From: Bdellovibrionales bacterium RIFCSPHIGHO2_01_FULL_40_29
Lineage (GTDB): Bacteria > Bdellovibrionota > Bdellovibrionia > Bdellovibrionales > Bdellovibrionaceae
Reading direction: 5' to 3'
DNA: 64,000 nt
Assembly (NCBI GenBank): GCA_001771815.1
Contig: MEPU01000005.1
Location: 2,346 to 66,345, forward strand
The notes beneath the pieces were generated by a model, which worked only from the letters and a program-made list of their open reading frames with translations, was not told the origin of the DNA and did not search any database. Shown in pieces: positions 10,545-19,911 of the stretch (the first letter of the stretch is position 1; every line of letters starts with the position of its first letter). A program made the translations under genes and the position numbers.

Positions 10545-11504
10545 TTATTGGTTTTTAAAAAAATCCTGCAATTTTAAAATTTCTTTCTTAATTGGATCTA
10601 GCGTGAGCAAAAGCTTGTCAGTTTGGTGGACAAAATCCTTGGTCTCGGATTCAGATAATTTTTGATCAAACTCAGGAATTAATTTTTGATTCACAATCGC
10701 CTCTCGCAGAGAAATCACGGTGCCTTTATTAACCCTCAAGTACTGATTGATCATATTAAACATATCAACGGCATTATTAATTGAATTCTCAGCATATTTT
10801 AAACCCATTTTTCTTCGTTCTACATTAGAATAGATGTTTTTATCATCGATATACTTAGCCAATAATTTTTCAATAATAGCTTCTTCCGTTTGGCTTTCTT
10901 GCAATTTTCTGTAAAGCAAATCAATATATGTTTGGCAGGAATCTAAGATATCCTTTCGCCATCTTGAGTCTGCAAGATTTGCCATGTCTCCTGCAATTTT
11001 TTGTTGTCGGAAATTAAGTGTTCGGTGGGCCATGTAAAATTGATCACCAACGCGGTCTTTGTTTCTGCCATTGACAAATAATTGCGAATGCAAAAATTCA
11101 TGAATAAGATCATATGTTAATGCCGTATCTCGAATTAAAATAAGATCATTTTGATTTTCACAACAACCATTATCTTTTGAGAGAAACATGCCAACAGTGT
11201 CGACATCGAATTCAGCCTTTTTCAATAAATCTAACTTCGCAAAAGGATAAGATTTAAATAATGGATTGATGTGGGTTGAATTTTTTTTATCTGATTTCAC
11301 GACTTGAATTTCAATGCCATGAGATTTGATGATCTCTAATAGTTCGTGAGGCTTCGAATGAGTGGTGTCATAAACAGTATTCAAATTAATTTGCTGCTCA
11401 AAAGGAAACTGATGATTTGCCTGACTTACTGAATCTGCAAAAGCAAATACTGGGATCCAAAATAATACGACAGACTTTAATGCTAAAAAACCAAATGATT
11501 TCAT
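10545..11504 (-). CDS. Exported protein with HExxH zincin-like motif
   Basis: Signal peptide; LIHEFLHSQ; downstream EEAIIE. Confidence 0.6.
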   Translation of the reverse strand: MKSFGFLALKSVVLFWIPVFAFADSVSQANHQFPFEQQINLNTVYDTTHSKPHELLEIIKSHGIEIQVVKSDKKNSTHINPLFKSYPFAKLDLLKKAEFDVDTVGMFLSKDNGCCENQNDLILIRDTALTYDLIHEFLHSQLFVNGRNKDRVGDQFYMAHRTLNFRQQKIAGDMANLADSRWRKDILDSCQTYIDLLYRKLQESQTEEAIIEKLLAKYIDDKNIYSNVERRKMGLKYAENSINNAVDMFNMINQYLRVNKGTVISLREAIVNQKLIPEFDQKLSESETKDFVHQTDKLLLTLDPIKKEILKLQDFFKNQ

Positions 11505-11595
11505 TTATAGACCCCTTTTGTCTAAGGCAATGCTAATTGGATGCCGACTTTCAGAGATTATAATTGAGTTGAACGACCCAAACTGTTGAACTTTT

Positions 11596-12408
11596 TTACG
11601 GAAACGTAGGGAGCAATTTATCATGGATAACAGCTTCCAAAAGCGACCACGCAAAATCTGGAGCGCTAGCTTCTTTGTCATTGATATCAAGGCTTTTAAG
11701 AATACCTTTAGTGGCTGCTGGATGAAGACCCGAGATCACAACCAATCCTTTACCCGAACGAATTTGTGAAATCGCTGCTGTGCCATCAGAGTACTTAGCC
11801 ACGATACTTCCGGCATGATTTGGAGTGATGGGGCCTCCATACCATAGTAAATTTCGTTGGCTGCCATCAGGAAAAATAGAGCGATCTAATGCATACTTCA
11901 GTCCCATTTTTGAAAGTTGTGTCAGTTCTTGCACGGGTCCATCGATAACACCTAATCCGTAAACGACATCTTGTCCTGGTGCGGGTTCGGGAGCTACCGC
12001 TAACCAGGCCCCAGCGCAAAATCCCAAATAGTTCAGGCCCTGAGTTTGAACTGCTCTGCGAATATAATGACGAGTTTGAAGGCTTAAGGCTTGACGGACA
12101 GTTGGAGCATCACCACCTGCAAAAATAATGGCTTTGTATTTTGCATAATCTGATTCCATCATTTGATTGATTTCGTTGGGTTTCAAAACTTCATATGATA
12201 AAGACTGATGAAAAAGAATATTCTTCAGTGCCGCAATTTCGGCTTTCCAAGAACCTGGACCACCGTAAATCAAAACTGTGGTTGAAGATGGTGTCGCGGT
12301 TGAATCCGGCAAGACGTCTTCAACTTCAACAGGAATAGTCTCAATAGGTCGCACACAAGCCGTAAATGTAAATAAGCAAAAAATATAAAACCATTTTTTC
12401 ATACACAT
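11596..12408 (-). CDS. BPL_N / class I GATase-like lipoprotein (paralog of 9457-10341)
   Basis: Lipobox TFTAC; IFAGG, YLGFCAGAW, LLWYGGP, SGLHPA. Confidence 0.8.
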   Translation of the reverse strand: MCMKKWFYIFCLFTFTACVRPIETIPVEVEDVLPDSTATPSSTTVLIYGGPGSWKAEIAALKNILFHQSLSYEVLKPNEINQMMESDYAKYKAIIFAGGDAPTVRQALSLQTRHYIRRAVQTQGLNYLGFCAGAWLAVAPEPAPGQDVVYGLGVIDGPVQELTQLSKMGLKYALDRSIFPDGSQRNLLWYGGPITPNHAGSIVAKYSDGTAAISQIRSGKGLVVISGLHPAATKGILKSLDINDKEASAPDFAWSLLEAVIHDKLLPTFP

Positions 12409-12410
12409 TC

Positions 12411-13265
12411 CTAGAATTTTTTAACAAAGGACATTGTTGACCACAGTTCATTTCCATCATTAACTGTTGGTTCAAAAGTCCACTGATGATTCAGGCTCAT
12501 TTCAAAAATAGATTTCAAAGCATACACACCCGTCCGCAACGATGCGATCGCGTGACTGACTCCGGGGTTCACTCCAAAAACCCCATCGTGGTAACTCACA
12601 CTTGTTGTGGCTCCGGCATATTGGTAGGTGGCACCCGGAATAAACAGCTTCAACCACCGATCAAATTCTAGCATCAGTTCATGACGAGTTCCTGCTCCGT
12701 TGCGGTCCGCACGGTCTAGTTCCCAGTAAATCCAACGGTAAGCATTGTATGATGGAATGATATAAGATCCCGCAAAGGGAATTAATTTTGGAAAAGAGAT
12801 TCCCAAGTTTAACTTATTACCCCGCCGTTTAACATCTGAAATGATATCACCAAATTCATCTCGAAGAGGTTCCGTATTGGGAAAAATCCAATAATCATAA
12901 AAACCATGAATATTGAGTTGAAAAGCCCTCTCTTGAAAAAAATCATGCCCATACATCACAAAAAAATCACCCTCATCAAATTGACTATTCTGACGATCGA
13001 TCTGTAAAGCCCCCCACAGCATCACTGAAAATCCTGTCGAAAATATTTTAGATTTCAAGGCCAATTGCCACACTGGAGAATTTCCGGCAATTTTAAATCC
13101 ATCCGACATGTACTGCGAAGCCCATGTGATATCTGTGATAATACCCAATTCCTTTGGTTTTTCCGGAGCAAAAACCAAAGCACTGGTATTCTGTGCATTT
13201 GATGACTGCGCGATGATAACGAAAACAAGAATTATGAGATACTGTGGGCATTGAAACCATTTCAT
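12411..13265 (-). CDS. TorF-like putative outer-membrane porin
   Basis: Signal peptide; ASQYMSDGFKIAGNSPVWQ resembling SDYxFRGxSQ...PAxQ; alternating aromatic strands; terminal Phe. Confidence 0.65.
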   Translation of the reverse strand: MKWFQCPQYLIILVFVIIAQSSNAQNTSALVFAPEKPKELGIITDITWASQYMSDGFKIAGNSPVWQLALKSKIFSTGFSVMLWGALQIDRQNSQFDEGDFFVMYGHDFFQERAFQLNIHGFYDYWIFPNTEPLRDEFGDIISDVKRRGNKLNLGISFPKLIPFAGSYIIPSYNAYRWIYWELDRADRNGAGTRHELMLEFDRWLKLFIPGATYQYAGATTSVSYHDGVFGVNPGVSHAIASLRTGVYALKSIFEMSLNHQWTFEPTVNDGNELWSTMSFVKKF

Positions 13266-13267
13266 AT

Positions 13268-14239
13268 CTAGATGACCTCAGAGGGAGCCCATCCCACATT
13301 CACCCGTGGAGCGCGACTGAGCATCGCAAACCAAAAGGTCATCACATATGGCAGGCTTAAAATCGGAAGACCGACTCCCCCACCACTCAGTAATCGTTCA
13401 AGTGCTAACGATAAAAACAAGGACAGCACACAAAATAATAAAATTGTCCGCCAGTTGAATTTTTCAGGCTGCGCGGCTAAACCAATTCCCACCAAACCTG
13501 CGCTATAACTAAAAAATCCAAGTTGCCAAACGGATTCACCACCAGAAATTCCATAAAAAGACAACGTCGCCAGCGCCGTTCCGATCAGAAAATAAAAGCC
13601 TCTGCGCGGACTAAAAATCGAAATCAGCACCAACAAAAATAATCCATAATCAGAATTTCGAAAAAAGAAAATTTGTCCCATACTGAGAAACATGGATTTT
13701 AAAAGCTTAGCCCAGAGTGGTATTTCCGTAAACTGACTCCAGATAAAAGATTGATCAAGTATCCCCAGTCTTGATGCCTGTGGCAGAGCAATCACACCAG
13801 AGCACAACCACAGAATCCAAATAGCCAGAATATAGGGACCAATCAAAGGTGACAGCTTCCAATGTTGTAATATTTCAAACAGTGCTTTTGTCAGAAGTGG
13901 AATTGAAAAAGCACCTATTAAAAAACAAAAATAAAAAGGTGGTGATTCCTGAAATAAACTGGCAAAAGCCACTCCGAAAAAGAATCCATTAATGGTCATC
14001 AAACCATTTTGTCTCAGAATTTTCGGAGTGCGGTACAACGTCGAATACCCATATCCAATCAGTGAGGCCACAAAAGCACATGCAAAAATATGAAAGTTAA
14101 ATGCAATTGAAATCAATATAAGCAAGGCGCCAAAGTAGGCATTTTTTAAAAATAATGTCTGACTGATGCCTTGAAAATAATCTCGAATATGCACGCTGTA
14201 TTGATTAGGACTAATGGCAATACTCATAGATCTACCCAC
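13268..14239 (-). CDS. Urea transporter (UT) family channel
   Basis: Duplicated halves: QGISQTLF / SMGQIFF, NGLMTINGFFFG / GFFSYSAGLVG, LSPLIGPY / LPILSLPY; about 10 hydrophobic segments. Confidence 0.85.
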   Translation of the reverse strand: MGRSMSIAISPNQYSVHIRDYFQGISQTLFLKNAYFGALLILISIAFNFHIFACAFVASLIGYGYSTLYRTPKILRQNGLMTINGFFFGVAFASLFQESPPFYFCFLIGAFSIPLLTKALFEILQHWKLSPLIGPYILAIWILWLCSGVIALPQASRLGILDQSFIWSQFTEIPLWAKLLKSMFLSMGQIFFFRNSDYGLFLLVLISIFSPRRGFYFLIGTALATLSFYGISGGESVWQLGFFSYSAGLVGIGLAAQPEKFNWRTILLFCVLSLFLSLALERLLSGGGVGLPILSLPYVMTFWFAMLSRAPRVNVGWAPSEVI

Positions 14240-14910
14240 TCTCCGTAACTTAAAAGTTTATCTCCCCAGTTTAATAATCTGGGACACTCCGTCCGTACCG
14301 AAAGAAGCGCTCCAAATCCAACGCGTTTATGAGGTTCGAGCCAATTTCCAAATGTGGAGTCATACACTTTAGCTTGTCCATCTGCCATTTCCAGGACGCA
14401 CACTTCGTGATACACGATCTTATTTCCAACCCACGGAAATACATCTCCTAATTTTCTTTTATCCACTTTATTCATGCCCTTGATCCAAAGATCTTTCCAA
14501 TGATCTGTGCAGTTTTGATTATAACTCAATAGGGCCTGGGCAGGATGTGCCGAAACACCTTGGGCTGAAAATACTTCGCGCGCCAAGGCCGCAAAAACGC
14601 CACAATCAATCGTTTTTTCTTTAATCACTTGGCACCAGGAAATAGGCCAAACCGAAGGACCCCATTTAAATAACTGGGCCAACCATGTTGGAGGCTTCAT
14701 TTGATACTGCGCCGCTGTCCACCCCTCCATCGAACGGGCGTAAGCTAAAAACCATAATCTAGCCTCTTCACAACATTCTCGTTCATGATGAATAATAGAT
14801 GAAGACGGATGCTCGATCCAGCGTTGATAAAATTCTTCGTTATCTATCAACCCTTTCAGATGAAATTTAAAATCATTTATTGGTTTTACTCTATCCGCGT
14901 CCAAAATCAT
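14224..14910 (-). CDS. Transglutaminase-like (Cys-His-Asp) protein
   Basis: IDCGVFAALAREVF, VYHEVCVLE, KVYDST order matches the papain/transglutaminase triad; overlaps both neighbours. Confidence 0.6.
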   Translation of the reverse strand: MILDADRVKPINDFKFHLKGLIDNEEFYQRWIEHPSSSIIHHERECCEEARLWFLAYARSMEGWTAAQYQMKPPTWLAQLFKWGPSVWPISWCQVIKEKTIDCGVFAALAREVFSAQGVSAHPAQALLSYNQNCTDHWKDLWIKGMNKVDKRKLGDVFPWVGNKIVYHEVCVLEMADGQAKVYDSTFGNWLEPHKRVGFGALLSVRTECPRLLNWGDKLLSYGEWVDL

Positions 14911-17188
14911 AACTCATGCTCCTCTCGTAAGCTCCTGCATCACCAAATATTAAGTAATCACCCAATTCCACAGAAGAGGGTATTTTTAAACCTTTGCTTA
15001 AAACATCATTTTCCATGCATATTCGACCCAGAACTTTTGTGTCACCCTTGTTCAAATGAGTAAAATCATCAGAGGTTTTCGATTTAAAAAATATGCGATG
15101 AGCATAGGAATCAATAAGCGGTAATTCGGCAATACAAGCATCCACAACAATCTCGGTCACTTTATTATCCTTGGTGCGACGCACATCCAACACTCGTGAA
15201 AAAACGGCTTCACCTTCTTGTGTCAATGATCGTCCAGGTTCAAAGTAAATGGTTTTAATCTGAGGTAGCGCTTCGCGGATGGTTTCTTGAATCCATTTGA
15301 AATCCATTTTTTCAAGATCTGATGGAAAAAATCCACCGCCCATATCTAAATGCCTCACGCTAACATCTGTGAGTTGCTCGACAGCTTGACACCACGTCAA
15401 CAATGAACGAACGGCTTCTTTCCATCGCTGAATTCCAATGGACCAGCTGGGCATATGAAAGTGAAAACCCAACTCTTGACCACTCAGCTTACGAACACTT
15501 TTGATGATTCCTTGGAAATTTTCAATTTTATCAACAGGAACTCCAAATCGAGAATTCAGTTTTGGCAATTGAATTCGAAATCCTAATACTTTAGACATAT
15601 TAGGAATCTGAATCACGCGATCAAATTCTTCGACGGAATCGCAAAATAGCATCCGAAGATCCGTGACAGGTTTTTGAGTCAAAGGCCAAAATTTCCCCGG
15701 ACCATTCAGAATAATTTCTTTAGCAGGAACTCCCACATTCAAGGCTCTATGAATTTCCATCTGGCTAATACATTCTGTTAAAAATCCACATGCTTTTGCA
15801 TGCCGCAAATGCTCGTCGGTCGAACTTGTTTTAACACTGTACCCAATGCGAATTTCCGGATAGCGATGTGCCGCTCGAATAGCTTTGGAGAGTGATTCAA
15901 ATCTTGAAAATGTCCAGCCTTCTAAATGCACACGAGATGGTGTCTCTCCGACAAAGCGCTCCGCTTTTTCTTTAATTTCAGAAGAGTATTGTGGAGGAAT
16001 CGACGAATCAAAATGCATATGCTCAACAGATTTTTCATCATCATGATCGTCTTCATCATCATCAAAATCATGATGACTTTCCTGACGCTGCTCCATTGTA
16101 TCTCGAAGAAATGGCATCACAGACCCAGCGCTGGGACCACCGCCTTTTCCTTTGCCTCCATCACTGGACCAAGCCGCCAAGGAAGGATCCAGAGGCATTG
16201 GCAATCCGACAGATTCTTTTGCAGGGATTTCATAAACAACGCGTGTAAAACAAGGATACAATGGCACAATTTCTACAAATGGAATTTCCAGAGCAGATGA
16301 AATCATTTTTGCTGGTAAGTTGATTCCTGAAAGGGCCGATCCAAAAATCCATGCCGGAAAACGTGGATTGCATTCAATGATCCATTTTTTGCCATCCAGA
16401 TCCCGAGTGAATTCAATCTCACCCCCTCCGGACCATCGAAGCCCTTGAATCACTTCACTCATTTGTTCAAAGAATTCAGGAGATACTGGAGTTACTCGCC
16501 CTGCCCAAGTTTTTCCTTCGGGCGTGATCAATCGCTTTTGCATGTGAACCGCAGCGACAAGTTTGCCGCGATTAGCAGAAAAACAAATGGATTCTTCATT
16601 CCCTACAATATGCTTTTGTAAAAAAAGTCGTGATGTTTTCCAATCCTTTTGCATTTGATCACGATGACGACAAAATCCATCCCAGGATGTGATTCTTTTG
16701 GCATCATGATACGGACCTTTAAGCCAGCACTGCCAAGAATTCTGCCGCATAAATGAATGCACTTCCGAGTCTGCAGAAAATGCAGAAATATAATCTGGAA
16801 CTTTAAACCCCAATTCACTGAAGGCTTTGACCGAAGGTTTGGCTGTTAATTCTAAAGCCGTACCCGTTGGTGCAAAAAGATTTTGATGATATCCAAAATT
16901 TTGAGCCAACCAGTAAACTTCCACATCAAGTCCCGATATCCAAATATTCCCCGCATCTAGAATCTCGCGAAGAAATTCTACGTGCCGAACTCGATTGATT
17001 TGCTTCCATTGAGGCAGCAGCAACGCTTCATCCACAGATTCATGATGAAGGCCCGAGCTCCCCTGCCAGTGATCGACACCAACTAAGTTTAACTCTGGAA
17101 AAGCTTTCCGAAGCGAACGAGCAATTCCAACGCCCGCACTTGGATTTTGCCCTGAATGCATTCCACTTATAAATACTTTTTTATCCAT
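14891..17188 (-). CDS. Fusion: N-terminal ATP-grasp ligase + C-terminal fold-type III PLP decarboxylase (DAP/Orn/Arg decarboxylase family)
   Basis: ATP-grasp: CWLKGPY, FLQKHIVGNEE, GEIEF, IECNPRFP. Decarboxylase: YSVKTS (PLP Lys), NGPGK, HFHMPS, LDMGGGF, EPGRSL, GRICMENDVL, AGAYERSM. Acidic His/Asp-rich linker. Confidence 0.9.
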   Translation of the reverse strand: MDKKVFISGMHSGQNPSAGVGIARSLRKAFPELNLVGVDHWQGSSGLHHESVDEALLLPQWKQINRVRHVEFLREILDAGNIWISGLDVEVYWLAQNFGYHQNLFAPTGTALELTAKPSVKAFSELGFKVPDYISAFSADSEVHSFMRQNSWQCWLKGPYHDAKRITSWDGFCRHRDQMQKDWKTSRLFLQKHIVGNEESICFSANRGKLVAAVHMQKRLITPEGKTWAGRVTPVSPEFFEQMSEVIQGLRWSGGGEIEFTRDLDGKKWIIECNPRFPAWIFGSALSGINLPAKMISSALEIPFVEIVPLYPCFTRVVYEIPAKESVGLPMPLDPSLAAWSSDGGKGKGGGPSAGSVMPFLRDTMEQRQESHHDFDDDEDDHDDEKSVEHMHFDSSIPPQYSSEIKEKAERFVGETPSRVHLEGWTFSRFESLSKAIRAAHRYPEIRIGYSVKTSSTDEHLRHAKACGFLTECISQMEIHRALNVGVPAKEIILNGPGKFWPLTQKPVTDLRMLFCDSVEEFDRVIQIPNMSKVLGFRIQLPKLNSRFGVPVDKIENFQGIIKSVRKLSGQELGFHFHMPSWSIGIQRWKEAVRSLLTWCQAVEQLTDVSVRHLDMGGGFFPSDLEKMDFKWIQETIREALPQIKTIYFEPGRSLTQEGEAVFSRVLDVRRTKDNKVTEIVVDACIAELPLIDSYAHRIFFKSKTSDDFTHLNKGDTKVLGRICMENDVLSKGLKIPSSVELGDYLIFGDAGAYERSMSYDFGRG

Positions 17189-17272
17189 TCATTAACCCTT
17201 CATCATCGAACGATGAGTCATCCGATTGCAAAAATGACTCCAACAAAAAAGAGAATCCAATGTCGAGAAATT

Positions 17273-19021
17273 TTAATACTGTCGTTGACAATCTAGTGCG
17301 ATCTTCAAATCCTGAGCATGCGCGGCTGCCTCGTAAAAAGAAAAATTTCCACCTTGTTCTTTTTCATCCCGCCCCCTGGGACACAAAAATTCGAAATCAT
17401 TTTCAAATTCTTCAACCACTACTTGTTTGAGAGACTCCAGATAAGTGCACGCTGTTCCTGCCCCCAACACATGACTTCCTTCACAAACACGCAGAACCAC
17501 TGGCGTAGACGACGTGGATGTTTGACATTTATACTTCACAGACCTGCCGGGAATACATTGTTGCAGACCGCCTCTCTCAGTAAACCCACAATTCCTAAGC
17601 GGCGAATCTTCATCACGCTGACACAACGAAGTCACATAGCTGCCACGCGCAGGCAAAGAAACTATCTGAGTCCCCCGATTATCTTTATTCCATTGATCTG
17701 AAAAATCACAGGCAATTCGATTTTTAACTTCACCTGTTTCTGTTCGAAATTCAGTGGGAGTAAAAGTATATTGACCTTGATGATCCAGAAGAGGTTTTCC
17801 CTCGCATAAAAATTGATCCGGATTGACTTGAAATTCCAATACCGTTTTTGCAGGACCTTTCACGTCAGTCACATCAATCCACTGACACTCAATTCCAGCA
17901 ATATAATCGTCTCCCCAGCCGGCAGCGATCCCTTGATTGTGACAGTTGTACGGATGATGAAGTGGGGTTTGTTCATTATTCGAATACCTTGATGTGCTTT
18001 CCAAACAAAAAGCCTTTTTGGAATTCAACTGATTCATTCCTTTTCCAAAAGAGAAACTCCCGTAATGACTGAAGTGAAAATGACCATGGCAGGCACTGAA
18101 CTCAAACATATTCTGTTTCACTAATTCTGAATGCGGTGTGATCACACCCAAGGCCAATGCCCGAGAACTCTGATTCACAACGGAGGCATCAAATTGCAAT
18201 AGCCGTCGCCATCCTACTCCGCCAACACACCCCTCGGCAATGGCACACGAATTTTTCGGAATATATCGATAAATAATTCGATTGTTAGCAAGCCCTTTAC
18301 TGAGCACCGAAAGATTCGGCACGAGTGAATGGGTATCACCTTGACGAAATTTTTGGGCGATCACCGGATCCCAATCGATGCGCTTAAAATTCATAACCAC
18401 CTGGACACGCCCAACATGAATCTTAAGAGCTTCAATACATGATGGTGATGGATCAAAGAAATGCTTTGTGTTTTCAGAATCCACACTGTTGGGTGGAAAA
18501 TCAGTCTGGTTCATACAAGAATATCCCGTTCGTTCAAATAGAAATTCCGGATCCACCGGCAGAGTAAAATCCTCATTCCAAATTCCTCCGATCACTGTCA
18601 AACGGGGCTCAGCCTGCTGCACAGAAGAACTGCCTGTCACCAACACGCTCGAGAAATTATACTGAACTGCAATCAGATTATGGCCATCTATTCTTATCTT
18701 CTTAGGTTTTGTCACTTGAATGTTCCATAATTCTTTTGGTGGCAAAGGCAATCGTCCCTTCTGCGGGTGAAAGGAATTGCGATAGATCAATCGATATAAA
18801 GTCATTTCGATTTGCAATTTGGCGCGTGCTTTCCAAAATGAACTGGGCTTATTTAAATAACTTTTTGCGACACGACTTTGAATGGATTTCGGAAAATCAT
18901 CAAGGCGAATTCCAACGGTACTTTGCAATTGCACTTTGATGAGGGCGCCTGATTCTGCGAATGCCTGTGGCATGCAATACACAATGCCACACAAAACTAT
19001 AATTCCATTAATAATGCTCAT
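17273..19021 (-). CDS. Lysyl oxidase (LOX) family protein, probably secreted
   Basis: FSACHGHFH copper motif, KKAFCLES (LTQ Lys), QGIAAGWGDDYIAGIECQWIDVTDV (LTQ Tyr); N-terminal signal; Cys-rich tail. Confidence 0.9.
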   Translation of the reverse strand: MSIINGIIVLCGIVYCMPQAFAESGALIKVQLQSTVGIRLDDFPKSIQSRVAKSYLNKPSSFWKARAKLQIEMTLYRLIYRNSFHPQKGRLPLPPKELWNIQVTKPKKIRIDGHNLIAVQYNFSSVLVTGSSSVQQAEPRLTVIGGIWNEDFTLPVDPEFLFERTGYSCMNQTDFPPNSVDSENTKHFFDPSPSCIEALKIHVGRVQVVMNFKRIDWDPVIAQKFRQGDTHSLVPNLSVLSKGLANNRIIYRYIPKNSCAIAEGCVGGVGWRRLLQFDASVVNQSSRALALGVITPHSELVKQNMFEFSACHGHFHFSHYGSFSFGKGMNQLNSKKAFCLESTSRYSNNEQTPLHHPYNCHNQGIAAGWGDDYIAGIECQWIDVTDVKGPAKTVLEFQVNPDQFLCEGKPLLDHQGQYTFTPTEFRTETGEVKNRIACDFSDQWNKDNRGTQIVSLPARGSYVTSLCQRDEDSPLRNCGFTERGGLQQCIPGRSVKYKCQTSTSSTPVVLRVCEGSHVLGAGTACTYLESLKQVVVEEFENDFEFLCPRGRDEKEQGGNFSFYEAAAHAQDLKIALDCQRQY

Positions 19022-19442
19022 AAATAATATACGACACCTTTCCTTGAAGTTCACTTTGAAATGACGCTTTTGCTGGTGTGATCAATGGATAATTGCTCCA
19101 GGGGTTCATCCACCATCGCCGTGATTTTAAAAAAAAATGACCTGCAGGATATTGCTGATCGGGTTTGGTAAATGCAATGGTACCCGGAGTTTCAAGTTCC
19201 ACAAAATGTCTCTCAAAATCAAAGAGCTGATACTTATACTTGTATCCCGCATTGGCTAATGCCATGACAACCTCCGGACAATAATATCCGCGGGTCCACG
19301 CATGATTTTTATTCTCGAAAAATGAAATGGCTTTTTGATAACTGAGACCGCAGCGTGCAGCAACACAGGCGATCGCACAACCCATCGGATGCTTTTGAAC
19401 AACCGATTTAAAGTCTAAAGATTGCGCTCTTTTTTTTTCCAT
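19008..19442 (-). CDS. Small papain-fold (C39-like) cysteine peptidase domain protein
   Basis: VVQKHPMGCAIACVA (Q..C), PAGHFF, WWMNPW. Confidence 0.55.
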   Translation of the reverse strand: MEKKRAQSLDFKSVVQKHPMGCAIACVAARCGLSYQKAISFFENKNHAWTRGYYCPEVVMALANAGYKYKYQLFDFERHFVELETPGTIAFTKPDQQYPAGHFFLKSRRWWMNPWSNYPLITPAKASFQSELQGKVSYIIYEHY

Positions 19443-19613
19443 GACTTCATCGATATCTAAAATAATTTTCCCACGCAAGTTCCAATAAGTCCCACATATT
19501 CGTGGCAAATTTTCCAAGCTTATATTTTTGTGAAGATTTCTTTTTAAATCATTTACTAATTGCTTCGAATAATTTTTGAAACATAAACTTTTGATTAACC
19601 AAAAGGAGATCCT

Positions 19614-19886
19614 ATGAAAAAATATTTCACATGTGTACTTATTGCAGCAAGCTTACTCGGTTCAACAAGCCATGCTGTTAGCGAAGCCACGCTTGCTAAA
19701 AATTACCAAACCTGTATGGATAATGATCCAAGTTGGTACAGCCGTTGGGGTTATTATTTAGCCTCATTCAATCGTTATGAAGCTTGGGATATTTGTCGTG
19801 GCATCTGGTCCGGCGCAGATATTGCCATGATGGGATGTCGACACAACAAGAAGTGGCTCAAAGCTGGATATCACTGCGTTTGGTAA
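19614..19886 (+). CDS. Small secreted Cys-containing protein
   Basis: AAGGAG RBS, signal peptide ending SHA, four Cys in the mature part. Confidence 0.75.
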   Translation: MKKYFTCVLIAASLLGSTSHAVSEATLAKNYQTCMDNDPSWYSRWGYYLASFNRYEAWDICRGIWSGADIAMMGCRHNKKWLKAGYHCVW

Positions 19887-19911
19887 TGATCCAAAAATCT
19901 CAGTTTAATTC

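Noticed and set aside
9457-12408. Biotin-protein ligase annotation
   Set aside because: Only the GATase-like N-domain is present, with lipoboxes; no ligase catalytic domain
15926-16300. Plus-strand ORFs rich in His/Ile (also 15991-16248)
   Set aside because: Antisense to the low-complexity Asp/His linker of the fusion protein
14891-17188. Urea carboxylase/amidolyase interpretation of ATP-grasp + urea transporter
   Set aside because: No biotin-carrier, carboxyltransferase or allophanate hydrolase domains; the fused partner is a PLP decarboxylase
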